This document shows, piece after piece, positions 13,340-25,163 of a DNA stretch of 33,877 nt. The translations under genes were made by a program, and so were the position numbers. Each line of letters begins with the position of its first letter. The first letter of the stretch is position 1. Source of the DNA: Mycobacteriales bacterium. GTDB taxonomy: Bacteria > Actinomycetota > Actinomycetes > Mycobacteriales > SCTD01. Below the pieces are notes generated by a model, which worked only from the letters and a program-made list of their open reading frames with translations, did no database searches and was not told where the DNA came from. The stretch lies in the NCBI GenBank assembly GCA_038234255.1, contig JBBSUR010000002.1, positions 1 to 33,877 of the forward strand, read 5' to 3'.

Positions 13340-13423
13340 GCCGTCGCTGCCGGAGGTCCGGGTCGTCACTCGTCCTCGACGACGGCCCCCGGGCTCGGAC
13401 GAGCAGCACCGCCGCCAGCGGCG

Positions 13424-14989
13424 CTAGTGCGCAAAGTGGCGGGTGCCGGTGAAGTAGAGCGTGGCCCCGACAGCGCCCGCTGCCGCGACGACCTCCTCGT
13501 CCCGCACCGATCCGCCCGGCTGGACGACCGCGCGGACACCGGCGTCGAGCAGCACCTGCAGGCCGTCGGCGAACGGGAAGAACGCATCGGAGGCGGCGAC
13601 CGCGCCCACCGCCCGCTCTCCGGCACGGGACACGGCGAGCTTCGCGGCATCCACCCGGTTGACCTGACCCATCCCGATCCCGACGGTCGCCCCGTCGGAG
13701 GCGAGCAGGATCGCGTTGCTCTTGACCGCGCGCACCGCCCGCCAGGCGAACTCCAGCTCGGCCATCAGCTCCGGCGAGGCCGGCTCCCCCGCCACCAGAG
13801 TCCACGCCGTCGGGTCGTCACCGGGCGCGCCGAGGTCGTCCGCCTGCTGCAGCAGCATCCCGCCGCACACCTGCCGGATCTCGACGCCCCGGCCGGCGTG
13901 ACCGGTCGTCTCCATGACCCGGATCGACGGCTTGCGGGCGAGCACGTCGACGGCGCCGTCCTCGTATGCCGGAGCGACTATCACCTCGGTGAACACCTCG
14001 GCCACCTGCTCGGCCATCGCGACGGACACCGGTCGGTTCGACGCGATCACGCCGCCGAAGGCCGACACCGGGTCGCAGGCATGGGCCTTGCGGTGCGCCT
14101 GTGCGATGTCGCCGCCGACGGCGATGCCGCACGGATTCGCGTGCTTGATGATGGCCACACACGGCTCGGCCATGTCGTTCGCCGCGCGTAGTGCCGCGTC
14201 GGTGTCGACGTAGTTGTTGTAGGACATCGCTTTGCCGTGCAGCTGCCGAGCTGTCGCCAAGCTGTCCCCCCGGCCGGCAGCGACGTAGAGCGCCGCTGCC
14301 TGGTGTGGGTTCTCGCCGTACCGCAGCACCGCCGAACGGGCGAACGTCGCGCCGAGGAAGGCCGGGAACGGCTCGTCGTCGGCGGGGGCGTAGACGCAGG
14401 AGAACCACGAGGCGACGGCCACGTCGTACGCCGCCGTGTGCGCGAAGGCTCGGGCAGCAAGCCGACGTCGCTGCTCCAACGTGGTGCCGCCCTCCCGTAC
14501 CGCGACGAGCACGTCGGCGTAGGAGCCGGGGTCGACCACCACCGCCACCGAGGGCGAGTTCTTGGCTGCTGCCCGCACCATCGTCGGACCGCCGATGTCG
14601 ATCTGCTCCACGCAGTCCTCCGGAGCGGCTCCAGAGCTGACCGTGGCGGTGAACGGATAGAGGTTGACGACCACCAGCTCGAACGGCGCAATGCCGAGCG
14701 TCGCGAGCTGCTGCACATGGTCCGGCACGCGCAGGTCGGCCAGGATCCCCGCGTGCACCTTCGGATGCAGCGTCTTCACCCGGCCGTCGAGGCACTCCGG
14801 AAAGCCGGTCAGCTCGTCGACGGCCGTGACCGCCACCCCGGCGTCGCGCAGGACCGCGGCGGTCGAGCCAGTCGAGACGATCTCGACTCCGGCGGCGGCC
14901 AGTCCCCGGCCCAGCTCGACCAGACCGGTCTTGTCGTAGACGCTGACCAGCGCCCGCCGCACCGCTGTCCTGATCGTCGGCTGACTCAC
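13424..14989 (-). CDS. purH: bifunctional AICAR transformylase / IMP cyclohydrolase
   Basis: The GTG at 14989 overlaps the purN TGA (GTGA). [38 protein letters not shown] and C-terminal FTGTRHFAH. The upstream 289 codons of the 810-aa track ORF are out-of-frame overlap with purN. Confidence 0.95.
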   Translation of the reverse strand: MSQPTIRTAVRRALVSVYDKTGLVELGRGLAAAGVEIVSTGSTAAVLRDAGVAVTAVDELTGFPECLDGRVKTLHPKVHAGILADLRVPDHVQQLATLGIAPFELVVVNLYPFTATVSSGAAPEDCVEQIDIGGPTMVRAAAKNSPSVAVVVDPGSYADVLVAVREGGTTLEQRRRLAARAFAHTAAYDVAVASWFSCVYAPADDEPFPAFLGATFARSAVLRYGENPHQAAALYVAAGRGDSLATARQLHGKAMSYNNYVDTDAALRAANDMAEPCVAIIKHANPCGIAVGGDIAQAHRKAHACDPVSAFGGVIASNRPVSVAMAEQVAEVFTEVIVAPAYEDGAVDVLARKPSIRVMETTGHAGRGVEIRQVCGGMLLQQADDLGAPGDDPTAWTLVAGEPASPELMAELEFAWRAVRAVKSNAILLASDGATVGIGMGQVNRVDAAKLAVSRAGERAVGAVAASDAFFPFADGLQVLLDAGVRAVVQPGGSVRDEEVVAAAGAVGATLYFTGTRHFAH

Positions 14990-15573
14990 CCGAACCTCAC
15001 CATCCTGTCCTCGACGGTCCAGCCCTGACGGGCCAACCGTCCCACGGTCTCGACGTAGAGCGGCCGTTCGACGGCCTGGATCCTGCGCTGCAGGGCCGCT
15101 ACGTCGTCGCCGGCGAGCACCGGAACGCACGCCTGGGCCACGACCGGCCCGGTGTCGACTCCCTCGTCGACCAGGTGCACGGTCACCCCCGACACCTTCA
15201 CGCCGTACGCGAGGGCGTCCGCCACCGGGTGCGCGCCGGGGAAGGCGGGGAGCAGTGCCGGGTGCGTGTTGACCACCCGCGCCGCGAACCGGCGCAGGAA
15301 TCGGGGTCCGAGGATGCGCATGAAGCCGGCGCAGACCACGAGATCCGGCGCGTGTTCGGCGACGGCGTCGGCAAAGCGCTCGTTCCAGGCGCCCCGGTCC
15401 GGGGCGTCGTCGAGGGCGACCACGAACGAGGGCACGCCGGCCTGCTGGGCACGCCGGAGTGCCGGAGCAGCCGGGCGGTCGCTGCCGACGGCAACGACGA
15501 GCGCGCCGTAGGCCGGGTCGGCCCCGGCGTCGAGCAGGGCCTGCAAGGTGCTCCCCCGGCCGGAGGCGAGCAC
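14986..15573 (-). CDS. purN: phosphoribosylglycinamide formyltransferase
   Basis: [34 protein letters not shown] and [12 protein letters not shown]. The true N-terminus probably extends a few codons upstream (in-frame ...ARLVVLASG, no ATG; possible CTG at 15603). Confidence 0.9.
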   Translation of the reverse strand: MLASGRGSTLQALLDAGADPAYGALVVAVGSDRPAAPALRRAQQAGVPSFVVALDDAPDRGAWNERFADAVAEHAPDLVVCAGFMRILGPRFLRRFAARVVNTHPALLPAFPGAHPVADALAYGVKVSGVTVHLVDEGVDTGPVVAQACVPVLAGDDVAALQRRIQAVERPLYVETVGRLARQGWTVEDRMVRFG

Positions 15574-15671
15574 GACGAGACGCGCGGGCAGGGCGTCCTC
15601 CAGTGCGCAGGCGGCGGTAGGGGCGGGAAAATGCGGAGCCTACCGAGCCGGCACGACGCACTCCATCGTCG

Positions 15672-16082
15672 TCAGGCCTGCGGCGGCGGCCCGTAGCCGT
15701 ACCCACTGGGCGGCTCTCCCGGGGTCGAACCGGGCAGGGGCGAAGCACTGCCGGTGTCGGCTTCCGGCGACCGACCGCCGGCCTGCGTGACCAGGATCGA
15801 AGTGTTTTCACCGATCCGGAAGAACAGGGCGATGAGCTCCATCGAGATGCGGGCAAGGATCAGGTAGAGCAGCGTGGCGAAGGGGACGATGACTAGGGCG
15901 ATGAGAACGAACGCGCCCCCCAGGGAGGCGAACTGGAAAAAGAAGGCGAGGCCCAGCAACAGAATCAGGATCATTAAGAGCCCGTAGATCACGCGCAGGA
16001 ACTTCAAAGTGATGAACGTGGTGAAGCCGAAGTCGAACAGTCCGGTGAACAGGCTCTTGGCTTCCAGCGGCGTTCCGGTCAT
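15672..16082 (-). CDS. DUF4282-like membrane protein with Pro/Gly/Tyr-rich tail
   Basis: The ATG at 16082 is preceded by [49 protein letters not shown]... and the tail [13 protein letters not shown]. Confidence 0.65.
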   Translation of the reverse strand: MTGTPLEAKSLFTGLFDFGFTTFITLKFLRVIYGLLMILILLLGLAFFFQFASLGGAFVLIALVIVPFATLLYLILARISMELIALFFRIGENTSILVTQAGGRSPEADTGSASPLPGSTPGEPPSGYGYGPPPQA

Positions 16083-16228
16083 GGGTGCTCCCTCGGTGAC
16101 TCGTTCACGCAGCGACTCAGGGCGGCACCCTAACGTGCGCGTTGCCTCGCGGTGCAACAGCCCGAATCGGGGAAGGTCAAGCGTGATCTCGACCGAGTCC
16201 CCCGACGCTTCATGGGAGGAACCCCGAC

Positions 16229-16747
16229 GTGACCACGCCCCAGGATCCCTACAGCACTCCCCCGGAGAGCACCAAGGGCGGCGCCAGAGCTCCGCCGGAG
16301 GCGGTGTACGGCTCGCCGCCCGCCGGCCAAGCCGCCTACGGGCAACCCGCCTACGGCCAACCTCCCTACGGCCAGCAGGGCGTCGGCCCGGGGGGCTCCC
16401 CCAAGAACGGTCTCGGCGTCGCTGCGCTGGTGCTCGGGATCCTGGCCCTGGTCACGTCGCTGAGCGTCATCGGTGGGGTGCTGCTGGGCCTGCTGGCCAT
16501 CATCCTCGGAATCGTCGGGCGAGGTCGCGCAAAGCGCGGCGAGGCAAACAACGGCGGGATGGCGTTGGCCGGGATCATCCTCGGGGTGCTCGGACTGCTC
16601 ATCTCCGTGGCACTGGTCGCCGTCGGAGCGTCGTTCTTCACCAGCGACACCGGTCGCCAGCTGGTCCAGTGCCTGGGGGCGGCCGGCGACGACCAGGCGG
16701 CTCAGCAGCAGTGCCGGCAGGGGTTCGGCGAGGACGTCACGGGCTGA
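16229..16747 (+). CDS. DUF4190-like membrane protein with Pro/Gly/Tyr/Gln-rich N-terminus
   Basis: The GTG at 16229 lies 8 nt after GGAGGA. AAYGQPAYGQPPYGQQG, then GLGVAALVLGILALV...GRGRAKRGEANNGGMALAGIILGVLGLL. Confidence 0.7.
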   Translation: MTTPQDPYSTPPESTKGGARAPPEAVYGSPPAGQAAYGQPAYGQPPYGQQGVGPGGSPKNGLGVAALVLGILALVTSLSVIGGVLLGLLAIILGIVGRGRAKRGEANNGGMALAGIILGVLGLLISVALVAVGASFFTSDTGRQLVQCLGAAGDDQAAQQQCRQGFGEDVTG

Positions 16748-17969
16748 CCGGCGCGACGCCGCCACCGCCACCGCTACCGCTGCGACGGCGCAGGAGCAGC
16801 GCGGCCGCGACCGCCCCGACCGCCACCTCGGCGGTGAGGGCGAAGGCGACGTGTCGCGGTGACGGGCCGAGCACCGACAGCCGCGCCCCGCCCACGGGAC
16901 CACCGGCCAGCCACAGCAGCGGCAGCCACACCAGCCCGAGGGCGGGTCCGGCAGAGGCGGCTTCGACGGCAGTACGGCGCAGCGACGCCGAACCGCCCAA
17001 CTGCCCCTGCACCAGCCGGCCGGCCAGCGCGCCGGCAGCCAGCGGGAGGAGCAGGCTCAGCAGCGCCAGTGCGCCCGGGACGCCTCCGGCCGGCAGCGCC
17101 GCCAGCAGAGGGAACGACGGGACCGGTCCGAGTTCGTGCGCGAACGGCCCGACGGTCGTACCGACCCCAGCGGCGAAACCCGGTCCGGCGAGCCACGACG
17201 CTCCCCAGACCACAGCGTTCGGTACGAGCGTGAGCCCCAGCAGCAGCAGCGCGACGCCGCCACCGATACCCGGCTTCCCGGTGCCGGCCAGGTCGGCGGC
17301 CAGGCCGAGGTGCAGGGCGAGCGACCCGCCGACGACCAGCGCTCCTCCGGCCAGCAGCACTGCCGTCGCCGCCGCGACGGCCGGGATCAACCGTCGAAGC
17401 CGGCCGGGCAGCGCGAGCCACGCGGCCCGCCACACCCGGCCCGGTCGCAGCGACCCCGCGAACGCGCCGACCAGGCCGACCGCGAAGCCGGCGAACAGCG
17501 CCTGACCGGTGAGCGGACGCACTGCGCCGCTGACGCTCAACATCGACACCAGGGCGGCCAGCAGCGCGTACGGCACGGCGACGGTCAACGCCAGAGCGAG
17601 CGCCGCCCGCGGCGAGCCGACGCGGCATCGGCGGGCGGCCTGACCACTGGACCGGACCAGCAGGACGACCGGCAGCGCTGCCAACCCGAGCGGGGTGAGG
17701 CCGATGCGGCCGTCCGCCAACTCCAGCGAGACCCCATGGGCCAGCAGCCACAGCTGTCCGGCCGTCCGGAGCAGGTCGGAGGCCCCCGACCCGTCCCGAA
17801 CGGTGGTGGCCCAGCCGACCAGGACGACCAGGGTCGCCAGCAGCAGCCCCGCCGCGGCCACCGAGCAGGCGGTGGCGCAGCCGGCGCGCACCGGCCAACG
17901 GAGTCCCACCCCCGGCTCACGCCGCGGTGCGATCGTCAGGTCGGAGGTGCTCGGCAGCGGCTGGGTCAT
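16737..17969 (-). CDS. polytopic membrane protein, PerM (Rv0955)/DUF6350-like by position and composition
   Basis: About 410 aa, Ala/Leu/Gly-rich, many TM helices. It lies between sucD and purN as perM does in mycobacteria (recalled synteny). Start ATG 17969 or GTG 17975. Confidence 0.6.
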   Translation of the reverse strand: MTQPLPSTSDLTIAPRREPGVGLRWPVRAGCATACSVAAAGLLLATLVVLVGWATTVRDGSGASDLLRTAGQLWLLAHGVSLELADGRIGLTPLGLAALPVVLLVRSSGQAARRCRVGSPRAALALALTVAVPYALLAALVSMLSVSGAVRPLTGQALFAGFAVGLVGAFAGSLRPGRVWRAAWLALPGRLRRLIPAVAAATAVLLAGGALVVGGSLALHLGLAADLAGTGKPGIGGGVALLLLGLTLVPNAVVWGASWLAGPGFAAGVGTTVGPFAHELGPVPSFPLLAALPAGGVPGALALLSLLLPLAAGALAGRLVQGQLGGSASLRRTAVEAASAGPALGLVWLPLLWLAGGPVGGARLSVLGPSPRHVAFALTAEVAVGAVAAALLLRRRSGSGGGGGVAPVSP

Positions 17970-18047
17970 GACCACCTACTGTCTCAGCCGGATTCCGCTC
18001 ACCGCCTTCGGCGCGCCGGGCCGGGCGCGACACTCCTTGGCAGAATC

Positions 18048-18076
18048 TCGGTGACTCAGCCTCGGGTGACTCAGCC
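18048..18076. repeat. tandem duplication TCGGTGACTCAGCC / TCGGGTGACTCAGCC that includes the sucD stop codon
   Basis: Read directly. The 12-nt core GGTGACTCAGCC occurs at 18050-18061 and 18065-18076, and each copy contains a TGACTCA box. Confidence 0.75.
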
Positions 18077-18964
18077 CCCGGAACCGGAGCGACTGCGCAT
18101 GATGTCGCGCATCAGGCCCGCCGCCGCAGAGGGGGTCCGGCCGACCTGGACGCCCGCGGCCTCCAGCGCCTGCTGCTTGGCCTGCGCGGTGCCGGACGAG
18201 CCGGACACGATGGCGCCGGCGTGGCCCATCGTCTTGCCTTCGGGAGCGGTGAAACCGGCGACGTAGCCGACGACGGGCTTGCCGACCGACGCCGCGATGT
18301 AGTCGGCCGCCCGTTCCTCGGCGTCCCCGCCGATCTCCCCGATCAGCACGATGGCGTCGGTGTCCGGGTCGGCCTCGAACGCCGCGAGCGCGTCGATGTG
18401 CGTGGTGCCGATGATCGGGTCGCCGCCGATGCCGATCGCCGTGGAGAAGCCGAAGTCGCGAAGCTCGTACATCATCTGGTAGGTCAGCGTGCCGGACTTG
18501 CTGACCAAGCCGATCCGGCCCTGCGTCGGCGCGATCGAGGCCGGGATGATTCCGGCGTTGCTCTGGCCAGGACTGATCAGGCCGGGGCAGTTCGGCCCGA
18601 CGATGCGGGTGGCGTTGCCGCGCTCGCAGTTGTATGCCCAGAACCACGCGCTGTCCTGCACCGGGATCCCCTCGGTGATGACCACGGCCATCGCCATGCC
18701 GGCGTCGATCGCCTCGAGCACGGCGCCTTTGGCGTACGGCGGCGGCACGAACACGACACTCACGTCGGCGCCGGTCGTCTCCATAGCCTCCACAACGGTG
18801 GCGAAGACGGGGATTCCGTCCACGTCGGAGCCGGCCTTGCGGGGGTTGACCCCACCGACGACCTGGGTGCCCGAGGCCACCATGCGACGGGTGTGCCTGG
18901 TGCCCTCCGCACCGGTGATGCCCTGGACGATGACCTTGCTGGCCGAGGTGAGGAAGATCGCCAC
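18071..18964 (-). CDS. sucD: succinate--CoA ligase subunit alpha
   Basis: The GTG at 18964 lies 4 nt after the sucC TGA and gives [18 protein letters not shown]. Also [11 protein letters not shown] and the catalytic His region MGHAGAIV. Confidence 0.93.
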   Translation of the reverse strand: MAIFLTSASKVIVQGITGAEGTRHTRRMVASGTQVVGGVNPRKAGSDVDGIPVFATVVEAMETTGADVSVVFVPPPYAKGAVLEAIDAGMAMAVVITEGIPVQDSAWFWAYNCERGNATRIVGPNCPGLISPGQSNAGIIPASIAPTQGRIGLVSKSGTLTYQMMYELRDFGFSTAIGIGGDPIIGTTHIDALAAFEADPDTDAIVLIGEIGGDAEERAADYIAASVGKPVVGYVAGFTAPEGKTMGHAGAIVSGSSGTAQAKQQALEAAGVQVGRTPSAAAGLMRDIMRSRSGSGG

Positions 18965-18968
18965 CGGT

Positions 18969-20189
18969 TCAGCGCTGCCGGTGGGCGTCGGTGTCGGCAG
19001 CGACATCGGCACCGCTGGCCAGCTCGGCAGCTCTCGCGGCCGCGCCGTCCATCGTGTCGACGACGGTCACGAGCGGATGCGCCGCCTCGGCCAGGATGCG
19101 CCGCCCCTGCTCGACGTTGTTGCCGTCCAGCCGGACGACGAGCGGCTTGGTGGCTTGCTCGCCCAGGATGGCGAGCGCGGTCACGATCCCGGTGGCGACC
19201 GCGTCGCAGGAGGTGATCCCGCCGAAGACGTTGACGAAGACCGACCGGACGTCGGGGTCACTCAGGATGATGCCGAGCCCGTCCGCCATCACCTGCGCGG
19301 AGGCGCCGCCACCGATGTCGAGGAAGTTCGCCGGCCGGATGCCTGTGCCGTGCGGACCGGGATAGGCGGCACCGGCGTACGCCACGACGTCCAGTGTGCT
19401 CATCACCAAGCCGGCGCCGTTGCCGATGATGCCCACCTCGCCGTCGAGTTTGACGTAGTTCAGGCCCTTGCTCCGGGCCCGGCCCTCCAGGTCGCCCGCC
19501 GCTACGACGTCGGCGTAGGCGGCGAAGACGTCCGCATGCCGAAACTCGGCGTTGCCGTCCAGGGTCACCTTGCCGTCGAGGGCAACGATGCGACCGTCGG
19601 GCGTACGGCACAGCGGGTTGATCTCGACCAGCGTCGCCTCCTGCTCGATGAACAGCTGCCACATCGACAGCAGAATGCGGGCGACCTCGTCGGCGACGTC
19701 GACCGGGATCCGGGCCGCCGCGACGATCTCGCGCGCCTTCGCCTCGTCGCAGCCGTGGATCGGGTCGACCGGGATGCGGGCCAGCGCGTCGGGGCGCTCC
19801 ACCGCTAGTTGCTCGATCTCCATCCCGCCCTCCGCACTGGCCATGGCGAGGTAGGCGCGGTTCGCGCGGTCGAGCAGGAACGAGACGTAGAACTCCACAT
19901 CGATCTCGCTCGCCTCGGTGACGAGCACTTTGTGTACGACGTGCCCCTTGATGTCGAGCCCGAGGATGTCGCGGGCCCGCGCCACGGCCTGGTCAGGGGT
20001 GGTGGCCAGCTTCACGCCGCCGGCCTTGCCCCGGCCGCCGGTCTTGACCTGCGCCTTGACGACAACCGGCCGGCCGATCCGCTCGGCCACGCCGCGGGCG
20101 GCCTCGGCCGTGTCCACCGTCTCCCCCGGCAGCACCGGCACGCCGTGCTGAGCGAAGAGCTCCTTCGCCTGGTACTCCATGAGGTCCAC
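18969..20189 (-). CDS. sucC: ADP-forming succinate--CoA ligase subunit beta
   Basis: [47 protein letters not shown] and [12 protein letters not shown]. Start GTG 20189 (alternative ATG 20180). Confidence 0.93.
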   Translation of the reverse strand: MDLMEYQAKELFAQHGVPVLPGETVDTAEAARGVAERIGRPVVVKAQVKTGGRGKAGGVKLATTPDQAVARARDILGLDIKGHVVHKVLVTEASEIDVEFYVSFLLDRANRAYLAMASAEGGMEIEQLAVERPDALARIPVDPIHGCDEAKAREIVAAARIPVDVADEVARILLSMWQLFIEQEATLVEINPLCRTPDGRIVALDGKVTLDGNAEFRHADVFAAYADVVAAGDLEGRARSKGLNYVKLDGEVGIIGNGAGLVMSTLDVVAYAGAAYPGPHGTGIRPANFLDIGGGASAQVMADGLGIILSDPDVRSVFVNVFGGITSCDAVATGIVTALAILGEQATKPLVVRLDGNNVEQGRRILAEAAHPLVTVVDTMDGAAARAAELASGADVAADTDAHRQR

Positions 20190-20248
20190 GCTTGGTCCCG
20201 TCTGCTGGGGCATATGCTGGAAGAGGTCCGCCCGAGGGTAATCACCCG

Positions 20249-20662
20249 TCAGGTGGCGGCTGGCGCCCCGACGTTCTCCCGCACCCAGTCGACGATCGAC
20301 GCGGTGGTGGCGCCGGGGGTGAACACCTTCGCGACGCCGATCTCGGACAGCAGCGCAATGTCGTCCTGGGGGATGATGCCGCCGCCGAAGACGACGACGT
20401 CCTGCGCGCCGCGCTCGCTGAGCAGCTGCATCACCTTGGCGAACAGCGTCATGTGCGCACCCGACAGGACCGACAGGCCGACGCAGTCGGCGTCTTCCTG
20501 GACGGCGGTCTCGACGATCTGCTCCGGGGTCTGGTGCAGGCCGGTGTAGATGACCTCCATCCCGGCGTCGCGCAGGGCCCGGGCGACGACCTTGGCACCG
20601 CGGTCATGCCCGTCCAGGCCAGGCTTGGCCACCACGACACGGATCCGTCCGGCACTGGTCAC
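20249..20662 (-). CDS. stand-alone cobalamin (B12)-binding domain protein (IcmB / mutase small-subunit-like)
   Basis: 137 aa. DxHxxG motif ([12 protein letters not shown]), then SVLSGAH and GGGIIP. GTG start with GGAGG 8 nt upstream. Confidence 0.8.
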   Translation of the reverse strand: MTSAGRIRVVVAKPGLDGHDRGAKVVARALRDAGMEVIYTGLHQTPEQIVETAVQEDADCVGLSVLSGAHMTLFAKVMQLLSERGAQDVVVFGGGIIPQDDIALLSEIGVAKVFTPGATTASIVDWVRENVGAPAAT

Positions 20663-20866
20663 GTCGGCGACCTCCGTCCTACCGTGGGCAAGGGGCGGGG
20701 TGAAGGATACTTCTGCCGACCAGGGGATCGTCGGCGCGATCGCAGGCGGCGGGGACCGCCGACGCCGCTGCTCCCGGCGCCATCCCCACGGGCGGACGAA
20801 CTATGACAGGCTGGCGACGGCGCCATGACCGATCGCGCTCTGCCCCACCCGGCACATATGACACTT

Positions 20867-20895
20867 TTGCCCTGAACCGCGAAAAACGATAACGT
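20867..20895 (+). promoter_or_regulatory. candidate sigma-70-type promoter upstream of the M23 peptidase gene
   Basis: TTGCCC, a 17-nt spacer, then TAACGT, inside a locally A+T-richer patch. Pattern match only. Confidence 0.25.
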
Positions 20896-20991
20896 GCCGG
20901 TAACGAGCTGACTCCGTTCTCGTGTCCGGAGTTGGTGCACCACAGGAAGCACGGCCCCGCTGGGGGTCTTGTTTCCGCTGTCCTGCCACTG

Positions 20992-21813
20992 ATGACGGAG
21001 CCTTTCCTCTTGCCTTCGCCGCACTCCGGGCCGCGCCACGCCGCTCCCCGCGACCCCTCCCGTCCACGAGCCGTTCTGCTGCCGGGCGTGTTGCTCGCGG
21101 CGGCGGGCACAGCTTTCGCGGGGCTGGCGATCATGCCGGCCGCGACGGCCGACGTCGTCCCCCGGGTCAGCGCCACGCTGGCGCTCGCGCCGGTGGAGCT
21201 CTCGGCGACGACGCTGGCTGCGCCGGCCAACCAGGAGTTGATGATCGCCCTGCAGCGCGGCGCCGCCGTGGCGAACACCCCGCCCCCGCCCGCTGCGCCG
21301 CCCCCGCCCGTCACGGCGCCGGCAGCCCTGACGGCTCCGGCCGCGGTCGCCGCTGTTGCCCCCCCGCGTACTCCGGTGCGGGCCGCCCGGGTCCGCCCGC
21401 CGGTGGTCCCCGAGGTCCTCGAGGCCGTCGGCGAGTTCGTCCGGCCCGGCGCCGGGCGGCTCACCTCCCCGTTTGGCCGCCGGTGGGGACGGCTGCACGC
21501 CGGCATCGACCTCGCGGCCGGCATCGGCTCACCCATCCGGGCGGTCGCCAAGGGCACCGTGATCGACGCCGGCACCGAGAGTGGCTACGGCAAGACGATC
21601 CGGATCGTGCACCCCGACGGGGTCGTCTCGGTCTACGGCCACATGAGCGCGCTGCTGGTCAAGGCGGGCGACAAGGTCGGTGCCGGCGAGCAGATCGGTC
21701 GGGAGGGCAACACCGGCCGGTCGACCGGCCCCCACCTGCACTTCGAGATCCGGATCAACGGCACGCCGGTGAACCCCGCCCCGTGGCTGGCCAAGCGCGG
21801 CATCCGGGTCTGA
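20992..21813 (+). CDS. M23 family metallopeptidase (LytM domain) with Pro/Ala-rich linker
   Basis: HAGIDLAA (HxxxD), GNTGRSTGPHLHFEIR (HxH), an N-terminal TM/signal segment AVLLPGVLLAAAGTAFAGLAIMPAATA and a PPPPAAPPPPV linker. Start ATG 20992 or TTG 20932. Confidence 0.85.
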   Translation: MTEPFLLPSPHSGPRHAAPRDPSRPRAVLLPGVLLAAAGTAFAGLAIMPAATADVVPRVSATLALAPVELSATTLAAPANQELMIALQRGAAVANTPPPPAAPPPPVTAPAALTAPAAVAAVAPPRTPVRAARVRPPVVPEVLEAVGEFVRPGAGRLTSPFGRRWGRLHAGIDLAAGIGSPIRAVAKGTVIDAGTESGYGKTIRIVHPDGVVSVYGHMSALLVKAGDKVGAGEQIGREGNTGRSTGPHLHFEIRINGTPVNPAPWLAKRGIRV

Positions 21814-21832
21814 CCCGGCCGGCCCGGCCCCG

Positions 21833-21849
21833 GCCGGTCTCGAACCGGC
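21833..21849. terminator. short hairpin between the convergent M23 and pcrA stops
   Basis: GCCGGT-ctcga-ACCGGC: 6-bp stem, 5-nt loop, no U-tract. Weak. Confidence 0.2.
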
Positions 21850-21856
21850 GGCGCCG

Positions 21857-24148
<2,292 letters not shown>

Positions 24149-24251
24149 TCGGTCCAGTCTAGGGACGGCGTACGACGGTGGCGGCCTCGCGAGACCTGCC
24201 CGCGCAAGCAAGAATGTCCTTCGACGGGCACGGGGCCCGGAAGGAGTCCGG

Positions 24252-24974
24252 ATGACGCAGTCAGAGCCAGCGATCGAGCGTGCGCTCGTCGTCGTCGCCC
24301 ACCCCGACGACGCCGACTTCGGTGCCGCCGGGACCATCGCGGGCTGGACCGCGTCGGGCATCGAGGTCGCCTACTGCCTGTGCACCGACGGGGACGCCGG
24401 CGGCTTCGACCCCGACGTCCCCCGCAGCGCCATTGCCGGCATCCGCCAGGCCGAGCAGCGCGCCGCCGCCAAGGAGGTCGGCGTGGAGGACGTGACCTTC
24501 CTCGGCTACCCCGACGGCCGGCTGCTGGTCACCGTCGACCTGCGGCGCGACATCTCCCGCGTTGTTCGCCAGAAGCGACCGCAGCGCATGCTGATTCAGT
24601 CCCCGGAGCGCAACTGGGAGCGCATCTACTCCTCGCACCCGGACCACCTCGCGGCCGGCGAGGCGGCGATGTGCGCGGTCTACCCCGATGCGCGCAACCC
24701 GTTCGCGCACCTGGAGCTAGCCGCCGAGGGGCTGCAGGCGTGGACCGTCGGAGAGGTCTGGGTGATGACGTCGGGCAAGGACGCCAATCGTTACGTCGAC
24801 GTCACGGACACCTTCGAGCGCAAGCTTGCCGCGCTCACCGCGCACCTCTCGCAGACCGAGCACATGGAGGACCTCGAAGGCATGCTGCGAACCTGGCTGA
24901 CGGTCAACGCCGCGGCTGCCGGATTCGGCGAGGACCGGCTCGCGGAGGCCTTCCGGGTGGTCAACACGGCCTGA
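24252..24974 (+). CDS. PIG-L (LmbE-like) family deacetylase
   Basis: The ATG is preceded by AAGGAG. VVVAHPDDADFGAAGT and HPDH metal-binding motifs. Confidence 0.85.
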   Translation: MTQSEPAIERALVVVAHPDDADFGAAGTIAGWTASGIEVAYCLCTDGDAGGFDPDVPRSAIAGIRQAEQRAAAKEVGVEDVTFLGYPDGRLLVTVDLRRDISRVVRQKRPQRMLIQSPERNWERIYSSHPDHLAAGEAAMCAVYPDARNPFAHLELAAEGLQAWTVGEVWVMTSGKDANRYVDVTDTFERKLAALTAHLSQTEHMEDLEGMLRTWLTVNAAAAGFGEDRLAEAFRVVNTA

Positions 24975-25163
24975 GCGGACGAACCCCTCCCCACAGTTCG
25001 CGGCACGGCCAAAGCGGGACCAACGGGTCATTGGCGACGGGGAGCCGCCGCGCTGGTCGGCAGGACCCGACCAGTTCCACGAAACACCCTCCGGCTCAGC
25101 CTCATCCGCCTACCGTCAGCGGCGAAGCGCGACCGCGCCCGACCCAACAGGTGGAGAACAGTC

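Noticed and set aside
11867-13369. 500-aa minus-strand ORF across the FHA-LuxR and folD region
   Set aside because: It is out of frame with folD, antisense to the FHA-LuxR gene, and its translation is low-complexity.
13246-13423. Firm call of a ZTP (pfl) riboswitch before folD
   Set aside because: The context is right, but only partial matches to ACUGGCG and CCGCCUGGGC are present, and I could not thread a P1/P2/pseudoknot architecture by eye. It is reported only as a structured spacer to be tested.
13818-14795. 325-aa and 223-aa minus-strand ORFs, and plus-strand ORFs, within purH
   Set aside because: These are alternative frames of purH with no recognisable motifs.
16009-17975. 498-aa (+), 374-aa (-) and 376-aa (+) ORFs overlapping the DUF4190-like and PerM-like genes
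   Set aside because: They are shadow frames with Arg/Pro-rich products. The TM-rich frames are the coherent ones.
20896-20991. ydaO (c-di-AMP) riboswitch in the 5' leader of the M23 peptidase gene
   Set aside because: Wall-hydrolase genes in Actinobacteria often carry one. The leader here shows only short generic hairpins (ACGAG...CTCGT) and lacks the conserved ACGGGG / CCGACAGCU-type blocks as I recall them. It should still be screened with Rfam RF00379.
20659-21575. 279-aa and 298-aa minus-strand ORFs and the 319-aa plus-strand ORF opposite or overlapping the M23 peptidase gene
   Set aside because: They have no motifs, are Arg/Gly-rich, and overlap a gene with clear HxxxD/HxH signatures.
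24149-24251. LexA/SOS box in the pcrA / PIG-L divergent promoter region
   Set aside because: The best candidate, GAATGTCCTTCG, keeps only the GAA...TTC halves of the actinobacterial GAAC-N4-GTTC consensus, which is too weak.
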